From NCBI GenBank assembly GCA_963422365.1, contig OY729426.1, forward strand, positions 608,001 through 672,000: a stretch of DNA of 64,000 nt, given 5' to 3'. The stretch comes from Nitrospirales bacterium. GTDB lineage: Bacteria > Nitrospirota > Nitrospiria > Nitrospirales > UBA8639. Both the position numbers and the translations under genes were made by a program. This document shows, piece after piece, positions 12,617-23,049 of the stretch. Below the pieces are notes generated by a model. It was not told the origin of the DNA. It did not search any database and saw only the letters and a list, made by a program, of their open reading frames with translations. Numbering within the stretch: the stretch's first letter is position 1; each line of letters starts with the position of its first letter.

Positions 12617-15085
12617 ATGGCAAATAAGAAATCCACATTTTTCGCAAAGCTATTCTATAGCTACTGCCACAAAGACGCTCAGTATAGAGATGCTATGGAA
12701 AACTCGCTTTCTTTTCTGAAGAGAGAAGGACTGCTCCAAGATTGGTCGGATAGAAGTATCCTGCCGGGACAGCAAATTTCACAAACAGTCAAGAAAGCAA
12801 TGAATGCGGCGGACATTATGGTGTTTCTGTTTAGTCCGGATTTTATTGCCTCCGATGCCTGCATGAAAGAATGGAAAGATGCAAAACGACTTGCTACTGA
12901 AGGAAAGCCGACCGTTCGTATTCCAATTATTCTCAAAGCATCTCCCTGGCAAGAACTGCTTGCCAATGATGACGTAAAAGCATTGCCGAATGACGGAAAG
13001 GCCGTCAATACGTTTCAAAGGCAAGATGAAGCATGGCAACAGGTATACGAAGGTATTAAATCTGTTATCAAACAATTAAGAAATAACTTCACCCCAAAGC
13101 AGGAGTTTCTTGATGAAATGAACAAGACCGATTTTCTATCGCAGCATTCTATTAAACTTCAAGATATTTTTATTTTCCTGCGTCTGTCTTGCTACGGGTC
13201 ACAAGAAAAAAATGGAGTGGTGCAGGAGGAAATCATCACATGCCAAGAACAACTTCTGGAAAAGAAACGTGTTCTTGTTCACGGAGAAGATATGAGTGGA
13301 AAAACAGCTCTTGGGCAGCATCTGTTTCTCTCTTTGGCTGAAGAACCCTCAACCCCGGTTTTGCATATTGACCTGAAAGACATTTCTGAAAAGCGTAAAG
13401 AGAAAGTGTTTATTGACACATATCGCCAGCAATTTAATGGCGATTATTCATTATGGAAGCGGCAAAATAATAAAACTCTCATCTTGGATAACCTGAACCG
13501 AACATCCAACATAGGATTCATCGGCTTCGCCAAAACCTTTTTTGACAGAATAATTATCATCCTGTCTTCCGATGCTTTCAGTTCATTTTTTAAAGATGAG
13601 ACACGATTGGCGGATTTTCACAAAATGAAAATTGAACCCCTGACACACGGACAACAGGAAAAGCTGATCAGAAAGCGATTGGCGTTATCGAACAGGGAAG
13701 AACCTGTTACAGATGGCTTTGTGGATCAAATTGAAAACCGCGTTAATTCCGTAATTATCTCCAACAAAATTGTGCCGAGGTATCCGTTTTTTGTGTTGTC
13801 CATTCTGCAAACTTACGAGGCATTCATGCCCGACAATCTATCCATAACTTCGTATGGACACTGCTATTATGTTTTGATTCTTGCCCATCTTATTAAGTCA
13901 GGAATCTCCCATAGTGACAGCGATATTAATACTTGTCTTAATTTCGCTGAACATCTGGCATCCGGGATTTATCATGATACTGACTTAAACTACGATGAAT
14001 TTATTAGTAAATATAAAGAAAGGTTTCATATCCAGGATTCAATCTTGAACAGGTTGAAAGACCCCGATCATGGCATTCTTACTGACTGCGGCCATTTTAA
14101 AACACCGTATATGCACTATTTTTTCCTGGGTCGATTTTTGTCCAGGAAAAGTGACACTTCGAAAAAAATAATTCGGGAGATGTGTGAAAACAGCCATGTA
14201 AACGCAAATTATCTGACGCTTTTATTCACGATTCATCACACGAATGACAATGAAATAGTGGACGATATTTTACTTAAAACCATGTGTACATTGGATAGCG
14301 TTCGACCGGCGGAACTGAATCGCGAAGAAACGAAAAGATTTGAGGAACTTATCGCTGCTCTCCGCGAAAATATATTATCCAGTAATAGTGTGGAGTCGGA
14401 AAGGGAGCAAGAAAGAGGTGCCCGAGACGTTGACGAGCAACAACTTGAAACCAGGGAGAATATGAAAGAAACAACCGATGATTACCCCGTCAACGACTGC
14501 TATCGCATTTTGAAGAACAATGCAATTATGGGACAGATTCTTCGGAATAAACACGGCAACATGGAAAAAACAAAGGTTGAAGAGATTATCGAGGTCATTG
14601 CGGCCGGCGGCCTGCGTCTTGTGAATCTTGTCCTGAAAGATGAGGAAGAGATAGCTGATTTGGCACGTTTAATTCATGAACAGCACCCTGATGACGACAT
14701 TCAGAAAATCAGAAAATTCGTTCAGTTTGTATCCTTCATTTGGACGATGACTAACATTGAAAAAATTGTCGGGTCTGTAAACGTTCCGGAAATCAGAGAA
14801 TCGGTCAATAATGTTGTATCTGGCAAGTCAACGCCTGCATATGACCTGATTGATTATTTCAGCCAGCTGGATAACTCAAATGAACTTACAAATGGAATAA
14901 AGGAGAAACTTGGTAGCTTGTTAAAGAAACATGATGACCCCTTTTTGCGAAGGGTGTTATCCATCAGAACGCAATTCTACATGAAGACACATCGCAGCAA
15001 AGCGCCTATTCAACAATCAATTTGTTCTTTGTTGGGCATTTCATATTCTCAGCAATACCGTCTTGGAAGAAATACGTCTTCGTGA
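12617..15085 (+). CDS. TIR domain + STAND/NACHT-like P-loop NTPase (candidate anti-phage protein)
   Basis: N-terminal FYSYCHKD...WSDRSILPG...SPDFIAS..CMKE TIR motif; Walker A GEDMSGKT; Walker B TLILDN; visibly AT-rich. Confidence 0.85.
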   Translation: MANKKSTFFAKLFYSYCHKDAQYRDAMENSLSFLKREGLLQDWSDRSILPGQQISQTVKKAMNAADIMVFLFSPDFIASDACMKEWKDAKRLATEGKPTVRIPIILKASPWQELLANDDVKALPNDGKAVNTFQRQDEAWQQVYEGIKSVIKQLRNNFTPKQEFLDEMNKTDFLSQHSIKLQDIFIFLRLSCYGSQEKNGVVQEEIITCQEQLLEKKRVLVHGEDMSGKTALGQHLFLSLAEEPSTPVLHIDLKDISEKRKEKVFIDTYRQQFNGDYSLWKRQNNKTLILDNLNRTSNIGFIGFAKTFFDRIIIILSSDAFSSFFKDETRLADFHKMKIEPLTHGQQEKLIRKRLALSNREEPVTDGFVDQIENRVNSVIISNKIVPRYPFFVLSILQTYEAFMPDNLSITSYGHCYYVLILAHLIKSGISHSDSDINTCLNFAEHLASGIYHDTDLNYDEFISKYKERFHIQDSILNRLKDPDHGILTDCGHFKTPYMHYFFLGRFLSRKSDTSKKIIREMCENSHVNANYLTLLFTIHHTNDNEIVDDILLKTMCTLDSVRPAELNREETKRFEELIAALRENILSSNSVESEREQERGARDVDEQQLETRENMKETTDDYPVNDCYRILKNNAIMGQILRNKHGNMEKTKVEEIIEVIAAGGLRLVNLVLKDEEEIADLARLIHEQHPDDDIQKIRKFVQFVSFIWTMTNIEKIVGSVNVPEIRESVNNVVSGKSTPAYDLIDYFSQLDNSNELTNGIKEKLGSLLKKHDDPFLRRVLSIRTQFYMKTHRSKAPIQQSICSLLGISYSQQYRLGRNTSS

Positions 15086-15159
15086 TTCTATCTGAGTTTG
15101 TATGCTCAATAGTCCAAAATGATTGGGATTCGTCACATCCCCTTCGATTCGGGCATGCT

Positions 15160-15284
15160 GGTTTTAGCTAAAACCGCCGACTTCCCCGCAGACACCCGCG
15201 ATCAGGAAGCTGACGATCGACCTCCTCGTCTATCAACTCTACGACCTGACTCCCGAAGGAATCTGAGCGGTGGAAGAGCGATAG
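15160..15284 (+). repeat. RM C-terminal tail, copy 4
   Basis: LAKTADFPADTRDQEA / IDLLVYQLYDLTPEGI*AVEER*. Confidence 0.8.
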
Positions 15285-15373
15285 AACTGATAGAAGGGAG
15301 AATGGTTTGCTAGAGTTTTTGTTGAGAAACCTGCTATAGACTCTGTTGATGGCGTAAACGAAAGGATTCTTAG

Positions 15374-15896
15374 ATGCTGACAAATGACGAAGCGGAGCAT
15401 TTGATCACCCTGCCAAAGAAGCTGGTAGAAGGGGACAATGCCGTTGACTACAACGACTTTTCGTTGGAGCAACGGAAAGGCAAGATATACCTTGTATGCC
15501 GAACAGGAACCCGATTACTCCTTTCTCCCTGATATTCGACGGAGCAGTAAACGTGCGCTGAAAATCACGCTGCACTTTCAGGAAGACGACTCAAAAACGG
15601 GGCTGTTGCGGATCGACTACCATGAACAACACCGGAATCCCCTTGAGATAAAAAACAGCTCGCCCGATCGTTTCAAACCGTATGCCGGGAAGTGGTTTGA
15701 TTATCGCGAGCACCATCTCCATTATTACGTTGAGGGCTATACGCCCTTGGCGTGGGCCATTCCTTTGGTCAATGATGACTTTCCCCTGAAAACCATACGT
15801 GCTGTGAGTGACATTTTTTCTGTCATACAGGCATTTTCCAGGAGAATAAATCTGAAGACCGAATTCAGGGAGTATCAACATGAACTGGCTTTCTGA
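15374..15896 (+). pseudogene. DUF6978-like hypothetical protein, frameshifted
   Basis: MLTNDEAEHLITLPKKL start in one frame; LLRIDY..HRNP..HLHYYVEGY..WAIP in another; precedes a DUF1828/DUF1829 gene. Confidence 0.65.
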
Positions 15897-16667
15897 ACAC
15901 GTTGATCACTATGACGATTGGCTCAAGGCCAAAACCCATATTCCGCCCTATGATGCAAGCGATTGGGGGCTCATTTCCACTCCCTTTCTAGGACGGTTTA
16001 ATGACACGCTGGAAATCTACGCGAAAAAGCACGGCGATGAGATCACACTCTCTGACGACGGCAAGACCCTCCACGACTTAGAACTCATGGGAGTTTTTTC
16101 TCTCGCTCCTCGTCTCGGAAGGAGATGCTGGAACGTATCCTCACCAATCATGTTGTGAGAGAAGAGGAAGGCGAGCTTGTGACACGAGCCAGGGAATCCG
16201 ATTTTCCCCAAGGGAAGCATAATTTGCTCCAGGCCATGTTAGAAATTAGCGAGTTTCATGTCCTTGCCAAGCATACCATTGCCAATGTTTTCAAAGAGGA
16301 CGTGAGAGCGTATCTTGACGAGCAAGAGATCGTCTATACGCCTCAATTCATTTGCAAAGGGGCCGTCGGGATTGAATTTACTTTTGACTTCCACGTGGCC
16401 TATCGGAAAAAGGAGATTGTGCTGAAGTAATTCAGCGGCATCAACAAGACTTCACTGTCAAGTTTTCTGTTTATGTGGAGGGATATTTGTGAATCCAGAA
16501 AACATTTGACAGGTAAAGAAGTATCGGGACTTGCCCTTATTAATGACGAAGACAAGAGTATTAATCCTGAGTATCTGGATGCCTTGAAGGCAGGCAGAGC
16601 GGATTACGTAAGATGGCAGGACAGATACGTGCCTGAAAATACAGCAAAATTCAAAGAAGCCGCATAA
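15880..16667 (+). pseudogene. DUF1828/DUF1829 domain protein, disrupted
   Basis: ISTPFL..FND..IY...LSDDG.T..DL; FKEDV..YL; FTFDF; split by a frameshift near 16100 and TAA at 16428. Confidence 0.75.
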
Positions 16668-16683
16668 AAAACGCTTTGACGCA

Positions 16684-16785
16684 GCATTCTTTTTCCAGCA
16701 ATGGAGCGGCGTTCAGAAGCACCTCAACGGAAGGACCCTCGACCATCAACCCTACGATGACATGCCGGATCTTCAATTGTTATAG
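16684..16785 (+). pseudogene. C-terminal remnant of a DUF5131/Gp37-Gp68 gene
   Basis: AFF / QQWSGVQKHLNGRTLDHQPYDDMP aligns with [27 protein letters not shown] of 59346-60065. Confidence 0.7.
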
Positions 16786-16854
16786 AAAGCCATGCGGATG
16801 GGTTGAGAGCCCTGATGATTGTTCAAATGCCCTTCGATCTGTCGAGATGGATGT

Positions 16855-16940
16855 CAGCCAAGGGCAGACACCGGCGAGCCTATGCACTCTACAGCCTGAC
16901 GGACGAGGAAATCGCAACGGTAGAGGCGCGGGAGTGGTCA
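16855..16940 (+). repeat. RM C-terminal tail, copy 5
   Basis: ADTGE / YALYSLTDEEIATVEARE. Confidence 0.75.
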
Positions 16941-16976
16941 CTTGGGCAAGAACGATTCACCGAATATGAGTTAGCC

Positions 16977-17255
16977 ATGATTCAATCATTTGCGGATAAG
17001 GACACGGAAGAACTTTTCGAGTTGGAACGCAACCACCGGTTTGCCGCTCTATCGCGAGTTGCGCTGCGAAAATTGATCCAGATGAATCAGGCCAGCGCCC
17101 TCAGTGACCTTGCCGTACCGCCAGTTAACCGTCTTGAAGCTCTTAGAGGTCGGCTTTCGGGCTTTCATCCCATCCGCATCAATGACCAATGGCGCCTTGT
17201 CTTCAGGTGGACGGATGCCGGACCTGAACAGGTTGCAATAGTCAATTATCATTGA
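16977..17255 (+). CDS. higB: HigB (RelE/ParE family) toxin
   Basis: MIQSFADKDTEELF...NRLEALRG...IRINDQWRLVF. Confidence 0.9.
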   Translation: MIQSFADKDTEELFELERNHRFAALSRVALRKLIQMNQASALSDLAVPPVNRLEALRGRLSGFHPIRINDQWRLVFRWTDAGPEQVAIVNYH

Positions 17256-17280
17256 AAATGAACCCATGACGTTATAGGAT

Positions 17281-17586
17281 ATGAATATGAACGAGCCAAT
17301 CACACCCGGTGAGATTTTACTTGAGGAGTACCTCAAGCCCATGGGGATTTCGCAACATGCCGTGGCGCGCGCCATCGGAGTTGCCCTGCGAGCGATCAAC
17401 GAAATCGTGCATGGTCGGCGGTCGATTGCACCGGCCACGTGGATTCGCTTTGGCGCCTTCTTCGGTCAGTCAGACCAATTCTGGCACGGCATCCAGGTCG
17501 AGTGCGACTTTCGCAAGCTGGCCGGAGACAAGCACCGGCTTACCGACGGCATTCAACTAGCTGCGACGCTGGGGCAGGCGTCCTGA
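17281..17586 (+). CDS. higA: HigA HTH antitoxin
   Basis: [17 protein letters not shown]...[11 protein letters not shown]. Confidence 0.9.
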   Translation: MNMNEPITPGEILLEEYLKPMGISQHAVARAIGVALRAINEIVHGRRSIAPATWIRFGAFFGQSDQFWHGIQVECDFRKLAGDKHRLTDGIQLAATLGQAS

Positions 17587-17595
17587 GCATTCGAG

Positions 17596-17660
17596 GCCGC
17601 ATAAGAGGCGGCCCCTACACAGGCACTGGATTCCTGATGACACATACACAGGAATGACAG
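17596..17660. repeat. REP-like palindromic remnants
   Basis: gccgcataagaggcggcccctac and ggattcctg...caggaatgac hairpins. Confidence 0.5.
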
Positions 17661-17867
17661 AAGGGGAAAAGGGAGGGGAACCGGCGACACCAGAGCCCCC
17701 TGTTAGACGCAGGCACCTCTTCAACGGTACACCTTGTCTCGGCGAGCGACCCTCACCACTAGGACACGCAACACACCACCCTCGTGGTGGCAGATCATGC
17801 GGCAATTTCCAACGCGATAACGGCACAGCCCACCCAGTGGGCTGGTCAGTGCCGTGGCCCAGGTTCC

Positions 17868-17975
17868 GCGGGTCATCCAGGCCGTGCTCGATCATCTCAC
17901 GCAGGTAAAACGCCTTCGTACGCCCGGTCTGCGACGCCAGACAATCAAGCCGTTACTCGGTTTCGGGAATATCAC
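17868..17975 (-). pseudogene. RelB/ribbon-helix-helix antitoxin remnant
   Basis: ETE*RLDCLASQTGRTKAFYLREMIEHGLDD. Confidence 0.65.
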
Positions 17976-18127
17976 AAGTGCGAACTCGGCTGATACTCCC
18001 ATACGACGCCTCGACGATGCCGCCCTACAAATGCAATGGCATATGATGTGGCCGCGCCAAAAGAGAGAAGAAAGCGAGAGAAGATCCCGCAGATACAAAG
18101 ACGAATGAGACCTGTTCAACAAGAGGG

Positions 18128-18733
18128 TTACAAATACCGATGAGCGACGGCTTGACCCTGCTCATCCAACTCATACAACAACGGGGCACCCGTGGGAATA
18201 TTCAGTTCGAGCACGTCTTCTCGGGAGAGTCGGCCAAGGTGCATGACGAGGGCGCGCAAACTGTTCCCATGGGCCACCACTAACAGGGTCTCGCCTTTCT
18301 CCAGTCGCGGCCGGATCCGTTCTTGGTAATAGGGAACCACCCGTTCGGCGGTATCGTGTAAACTTTCTCCCCCAGGCGGACGCACGGCATAACTTCTCCG
18401 CCACAATTTCACCTGGTCCTCTCCATATTTTTCAATGGTTTCTGCTTTATTGAGCCCTTGTAATTCTCCATACTTGCGTTCATTCAAAGCCAGCGTTTTT
18501 TCAACCTGGAGTTGAGGTTGGCCAATGACCTCCAACACAATCTCCAGGGTTCTGATCGCCCGCGTCAATACTGAGGTAAACGCATGATCAAACCGAAAGT
18601 CCTCAACTTTCTTTCCTGCCTCTCGGGCTTCCTGCTCCCCTTTGGGGCTTAGGGGGACGTCCACCCATCCGGTAAATCGATTTTCAAGATTCCATTGTGA
18701 TTCACCATGGCGAATCAAGACAACCTGTTTCAT
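18128..18733 (-). CDS. gpmA: 2,3-bisphosphoglycerate-dependent phosphoglycerate mutase
   Basis: [17 protein letters not shown] and AHGNSLR motifs. Confidence 0.95.
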   Translation of the reverse strand: MKQVVLIRHGESQWNLENRFTGWVDVPLSPKGEQEAREAGKKVEDFRFDHAFTSVLTRAIRTLEIVLEVIGQPQLQVEKTLALNERKYGELQGLNKAETIEKYGEDQVKLWRRSYAVRPPGGESLHDTAERVVPYYQERIRPRLEKGETLLVVAHGNSLRALVMHLGRLSREDVLELNIPTGAPLLYELDEQGQAVAHRYL

Positions 18734-18910
18734 GCTGCCTCCCCTGTCCGAACCCTTTTCTCACTCAAAGCCGCCTGTTTCTCTCCCCTTGCTTTGCTTG
18801 CTGACACACCGTACCATGCCAGCCACGTTCCAGAACCCTCACCTGAACCTGACCTCTCATCGTGTGGGCAGCATCAGAACCTGCATCGACACGTTTCTGA
18901 ATTGGCGCAG

Positions 18911-19741
18911 ATGGCTCAACCCGATCTCCCTCAACCCGAGGCCCAGTGGTGGATCATGCTGGCGCAACGCCTCAACATCAAAGACAAAGTCGAGCAGTTC
19001 TTTCACCATGCGACCACGCCCCACAATGTGCTGGGCCGCGTGGCGGAAGTCGATGGAGACATGCACTATATTTTGTTTGTCTTGGTCCGCCATTGGATCC
19101 CCATCGTCTTGCCCCCACCGGGACGTGAACGAATGTCCAAACATGATCCGGATTACTGGTTGGAATCGGCGAAAATTCTCGATGCCGCGGTGACGCGCTT
19201 ACGTGAACTAAAACCCCTGATCGACCTCCTGACCACGGCCAACCCCTTGGGCCCGAAGATGGCACCTTCCGCTTCCCCGATCGTCGAGGTGGAACTCGCC
19301 AACATGTTGCAAGACATTGCCAACGTCGCCGGCAGTTACGGCGGGCCTGACTATACGTCGATCATCAAAAGCTTCGACCCCATCCCCCTTCGACAAACGC
19401 AACCCTTTAAACACAACAAAAAACATAGCGCCGAGTTGTGGGTCGTGTTTCTGCTCCGCGAGCATTTTCGAACCCTCAGCATGGGAAAAGATCGATATTG
19501 GCCGCTTCTCACGGACGTGATTACCGCTGCCGGCATTCGTCAACCCAATGACCATGCGTTTACGGCGGGCGAACTCAAATCGTGGTGGACGAAGAATTGG
19601 CCTCGGACCTACACCATCATGTTGAAGGAAAAAAACGACGGCGGGCTGCCTACCGCCCATACGGCCTACCAAAGTGACTATGAATGGTTTCAATCATGGT
19701 TCACGTGGGAGATGTCACAATCGGCCACCCCTGATCGCTGA
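18911..19741 (+). CDS. Hypothetical protein (start uncertain)
   Basis: Long ORF divergent from gpmA; no recognised motif. Confidence 0.65.
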   Translation: MAQPDLPQPEAQWWIMLAQRLNIKDKVEQFFHHATTPHNVLGRVAEVDGDMHYILFVLVRHWIPIVLPPPGRERMSKHDPDYWLESAKILDAAVTRLRELKPLIDLLTTANPLGPKMAPSASPIVEVELANMLQDIANVAGSYGGPDYTSIIKSFDPIPLRQTQPFKHNKKHSAELWVVFLLREHFRTLSMGKDRYWPLLTDVITAAGIRQPNDHAFTAGELKSWWTKNWPRTYTIMLKEKNDGGLPTAHTAYQSDYEWFQSWFTWEMSQSATPDR

Positions 19742-19842
19742 TTCCCTGCTCATCCACTCGCTCGCATTTCTGACGCCCAGCCCCTGCGATACGTCGCGAT
19801 CATCTGCCCTGACAAGGCTTGCGACGACCGAGAGAAATCCAG

Positions 19843-20520
19843 CTAGAATGTCCGTCGGCCCTCCATCTCTTCCTCATTAGGCAAAGGGAGATCTTCTTCG
19901 AAGGGTGGGTCACCGAGCCAGGCAAAAAAGACTACGATTTTCAGTAAAAGAGACACGGCCACCAACCAGGACACATAGGGTTGGATGCCCCCTTCATCCG
20001 CGAGCTTCAGCATGCGAGCCACGTGGTCAAGGCCGGCCCTGGTTTTCATCTTCAGCAACAGATCTTGTAAGTGCCGGTAATACACGTAATTGGCACTCAT
20101 ACTTGCGATGACCGACCACACGATGGGTACCGTGACGTCATTCGTTAAAAAGACGGAAACGATGGGTCCGATAAAATAGACAAACGCAAACAGGTACATT
20201 TTTCGATACAGAAACCAGAGAAAGGGTTCTACCAAAAATGGGGCCCAGTTCCACGTGAGAGCAAATCGAGGTCCTGGTATGGAATGAAATCGTTGAAACA
20301 TTCGTTGGTAATAGTCCCAAGCGGGTTTCCACGACCAGCCTCCCCTCAACGTAAAGTGGAGACATTTCCCCGGACCGACCAACGCCCGCCAATACGGCTC
20401 CTCATGATCCGTCTCGGGGGAAGCGGTAGTCGCCGCTTCCTGGGGAAACTCCTTCCCGCATCGCAGGCAAAACAGGGAATCATCGGGATTTTGTTGTTGG
20501 CAGGAATCGCAGGCTCTCAT
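19843..20520 (-). CDS. Zinc-ribbon + DUF2628-like membrane protein
   Basis: CDSC..FCLRCG; WNWAPF...WFLYRKMY; ANYVYY. Confidence 0.8.
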   Translation of the reverse strand: MRACDSCQQQNPDDSLFCLRCGKEFPQEAATTASPETDHEEPYWRALVGPGKCLHFTLRGGWSWKPAWDYYQRMFQRFHSIPGPRFALTWNWAPFLVEPFLWFLYRKMYLFAFVYFIGPIVSVFLTNDVTVPIVWSVIASMSANYVYYRHLQDLLLKMKTRAGLDHVARMLKLADEGGIQPYVSWLVAVSLLLKIVVFFAWLGDPPFEEDLPLPNEEEMEGRRTF

Positions 20521-20835
20521 TGCTTGGGACTATACCATGCGAACGTTCCAGAAGGCCACAGGCCCGAATTCCTCACCAGATGGAATTCGCCGGTTGCATT
20601 CAGTCCAGGCTCCAGTATGCCGTCAAGAAAAATGGGAATGGGTCATTGCATGGGCTGCAGGTGAGGCTTGCCTGGAGCAAAAAGGGCGTTTATTCTTCCT
20701 ATCATACTCGTGTGTCGCTGAAGTTCTTGGCGGAGAAAATCTGGCGGGGGGGGCAATGCCGGATGAATAAAGAGTTAGTAAGGTGTAATTGCCGTCGGTC
20801 TCCCCAGATCGATCGCCACACACCAGAGTAAAATC

Positions 20836-22026
20836 ATGCTGAATAACCAGGAACTGGAGGATATACTCAAAAGCGGTGAAAGCGACTGCGTGGAATTTAC
20901 AGAATCTACCAGAGACCTGGATAAAATCCGGACAGCCATCTGCGCTTTTGCCAACGATCTCCCCAACCATAAGAAGCCAGGGTTTGCCTTCATCGGAATC
21001 AAGGATGACGGAAGTTGTGCCGATTTGACGATTGATGATGATCGGTTACAGACACTTGGTGGATTGCGAAGCGACGGCAAGATTCTTCCTTTTCCAACCA
21101 TGGAGGTTGTCAAACGAACCCTGAATGGTTGCGAAGTTGCCGTGATACAGGTGGAGCCTTCGGATAATCCACCGGTAAACGTCAATGGCCGGTGTTGGAT
21201 TCGGGTTGGGCCGCGACGCAGCCAAGCCACCGCCGAAGATGAACGACGCCTGACGGAGAAAAGGCGCTGGGGGAATCTGCCCTATGACATGCAAAAGGTG
21301 AGCAACGCGTCTATAGAAAATGACCTGGATATGCGGAAGTTCCGGAGTGAATACCTGCCCTTCGCCGTATCACCGGAAGTGCTGGAAGAGAATGACCGCA
21401 ACCCTGGAGAACAATTGCGGGCTCTACGCCTGACGGCGCAAGACGGGACACCGACCGTGACAGCTATTCTCATGTTGGGTAAAGACCCGCGCTATTGGTT
21501 TCCCGGCGCATACATCCAGTTTGTTCGCTATGAGGGCCGCGAGGTCACGGATGCCATTCTCGACCAAGCTGAGCTATCTGGCCCGCTACCTGACCAATTG
21601 CGCGAAATGGACCGCCTGCTAAAACGAAACATCTCTACCGCCCTGGACACCCACGGGGAAAAACATATCGAAGAGCCGGACTACCCGTTTCAGGCACTGC
21701 GCGAACTCGCCCGCAACGCGGTGATTCACAGGAACTACGAAAATTCCAATACTCCCGTACGACTCACGTGGTTTGCCGATAACGTGGAGATCAGCAACCC
21801 CGGCTCGGTGTATGGTTCAGTAACGCGCGAGAATTTCGGACAACGCGACGCCACGGCCTACCGCAATCCTACCGTTGCGGAAGCCATGAAAAATATGGGG
21901 TTTATGCAGCAGTTCGGCATCGGTATCGCTACGGCAAGGAAAGCACTGGAAGAAAACGGCAATCCGCCGCCTCAATTCACCATAGAAGAAACCTTTGTTT
22001 TCGTTACAGTCAAGAAACGACAATGA
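20836..22026 (+). CDS. Schlafen/AlbA_2 + HATPase_c_4 (RecG-C-like) domain protein
   Basis: ESDCVEF..ICAFAND..FIGIKDDG; ALRELARNAVIHRNY; YRNPTVAEAM. Confidence 0.85.
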   Translation: MLNNQELEDILKSGESDCVEFTESTRDLDKIRTAICAFANDLPNHKKPGFAFIGIKDDGSCADLTIDDDRLQTLGGLRSDGKILPFPTMEVVKRTLNGCEVAVIQVEPSDNPPVNVNGRCWIRVGPRRSQATAEDERRLTEKRRWGNLPYDMQKVSNASIENDLDMRKFRSEYLPFAVSPEVLEENDRNPGEQLRALRLTAQDGTPTVTAILMLGKDPRYWFPGAYIQFVRYEGREVTDAILDQAELSGPLPDQLREMDRLLKRNISTALDTHGEKHIEEPDYPFQALRELARNAVIHRNYENSNTPVRLTWFADNVEISNPGSVYGSVTRENFGQRDATAYRNPTVAEAMKNMGFMQQFGIGIATARKALEENGNPPPQFTIEETFVFVTVKKRQ

Positions 22027-23012
22027 AAACCATCGCGTTTTTCAACAACAAAGGCGGAGTGGGAAAAACCTCGCTTGTGTATCACCTCGCCTGGATGTTC
22101 GGAGAAACCGGGTACCGTATCATTGCCGTTGATCTGGACCCTCAGGCTAACCTGAGCGGAATGTTTCTTGATGAAACCAGACTGGAAGACCTTTGGCGAG
22201 ATGGAAACCCAAAAAAAACCATTAATGGAGATATTGCACCCCTGTTTGAAGGAGTGGGAGATATTTCAACAGAGCCTCGTATTGAGAAAGTCGGAGAGCG
22301 AATCGGTCTGTTAGTAGGAGATCTTGACCTTTCCAAATGCGAAGGCGATCTGTCGGAACAATGGCCGAAATGTCTGGATCGGGACAAACGGGCATTTCGC
22401 GTCATAACGGCTTTCGCGCGACTGATTGCCAGCGCCGGTGAAAAATTCCAGGCAGATTTGGCGCTGGTGGACATCGGTCCTAATCTCGGCGCCATTAACA
22501 GAGCCGCGCTGATAGCCAGCGAACACGTGGTCATACCGCTTGCGCCTGACCTGTTTTCATTACAGGGCTTGAGGAACGTGGGGCCGACTCTAAGAGATTG
22601 GGAGAAGGCATGGAAAAAGCGTGTTAAGGATAAACCGGAAGATTTGGCTATTGACCTCCCTACCGGCGATATGAAACCGCTCGGGTATATCGTCATGCGA
22701 CACTCCGCCAGATTGGACCGTCCGGTCAGATCATTCCAGAGATGGATTGAGAAGATACCCATGGCGTACCGGCAAGCGATTTTGGAGACAAAGGACCCTG
22801 GACCGACAGTTGATACTGACGAACACCTTCTGGCGCATCTGAAAGATTATCGATCTCTTATGCCGATGGCGCAGCAGGCCAACAAGCCCATGTTCATGTT
22901 GAAACCCGCCGATGGCGTTATCGGCTCACATCAACATGCCGTCGTGAGCTGCCACAAAGATTTCCGTAATCTCTCGGAAAAAATTATTGGCAAGCTGAAC
23001 CAGGAAACCTAG
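22023..23012 (+). CDS. ParA/Soj family ATPase
   Basis: FFNNKGGVGKTS, DLDPQANL and DIGPNLGAINR motifs. Confidence 0.88.
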   Translation: MKTIAFFNNKGGVGKTSLVYHLAWMFGETGYRIIAVDLDPQANLSGMFLDETRLEDLWRDGNPKKTINGDIAPLFEGVGDISTEPRIEKVGERIGLLVGDLDLSKCEGDLSEQWPKCLDRDKRAFRVITAFARLIASAGEKFQADLALVDIGPNLGAINRAALIASEHVVIPLAPDLFSLQGLRNVGPTLRDWEKAWKKRVKDKPEDLAIDLPTGDMKPLGYIVMRHSARLDRPVRSFQRWIEKIPMAYRQAILETKDPGPTVDTDEHLLAHLKDYRSLMPMAQQANKPMFMLKPADGVIGSHQHAVVSCHKDFRNLSEKIIGKLNQET

Positions 23013-23049
23013 ATGGTTTCTCCCATGCTTGATTGCTCCCAGGAGGCCG

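Noticed and set aside
11050..16940. RM tails as a CRISPR array or integron attC sites
   Set aside because: Spacing is irregular and up to kilobases, conservation is at protein level, no attC-like palindromes were seen, and the recombinase does not look like IntI.
18707..18910. N-terminal extension of the 344-aa ORF overlapping gpmA
   Set aside because: It overlaps the divergent gpmA start and promoter region; a later ATG (18911) is more plausible.
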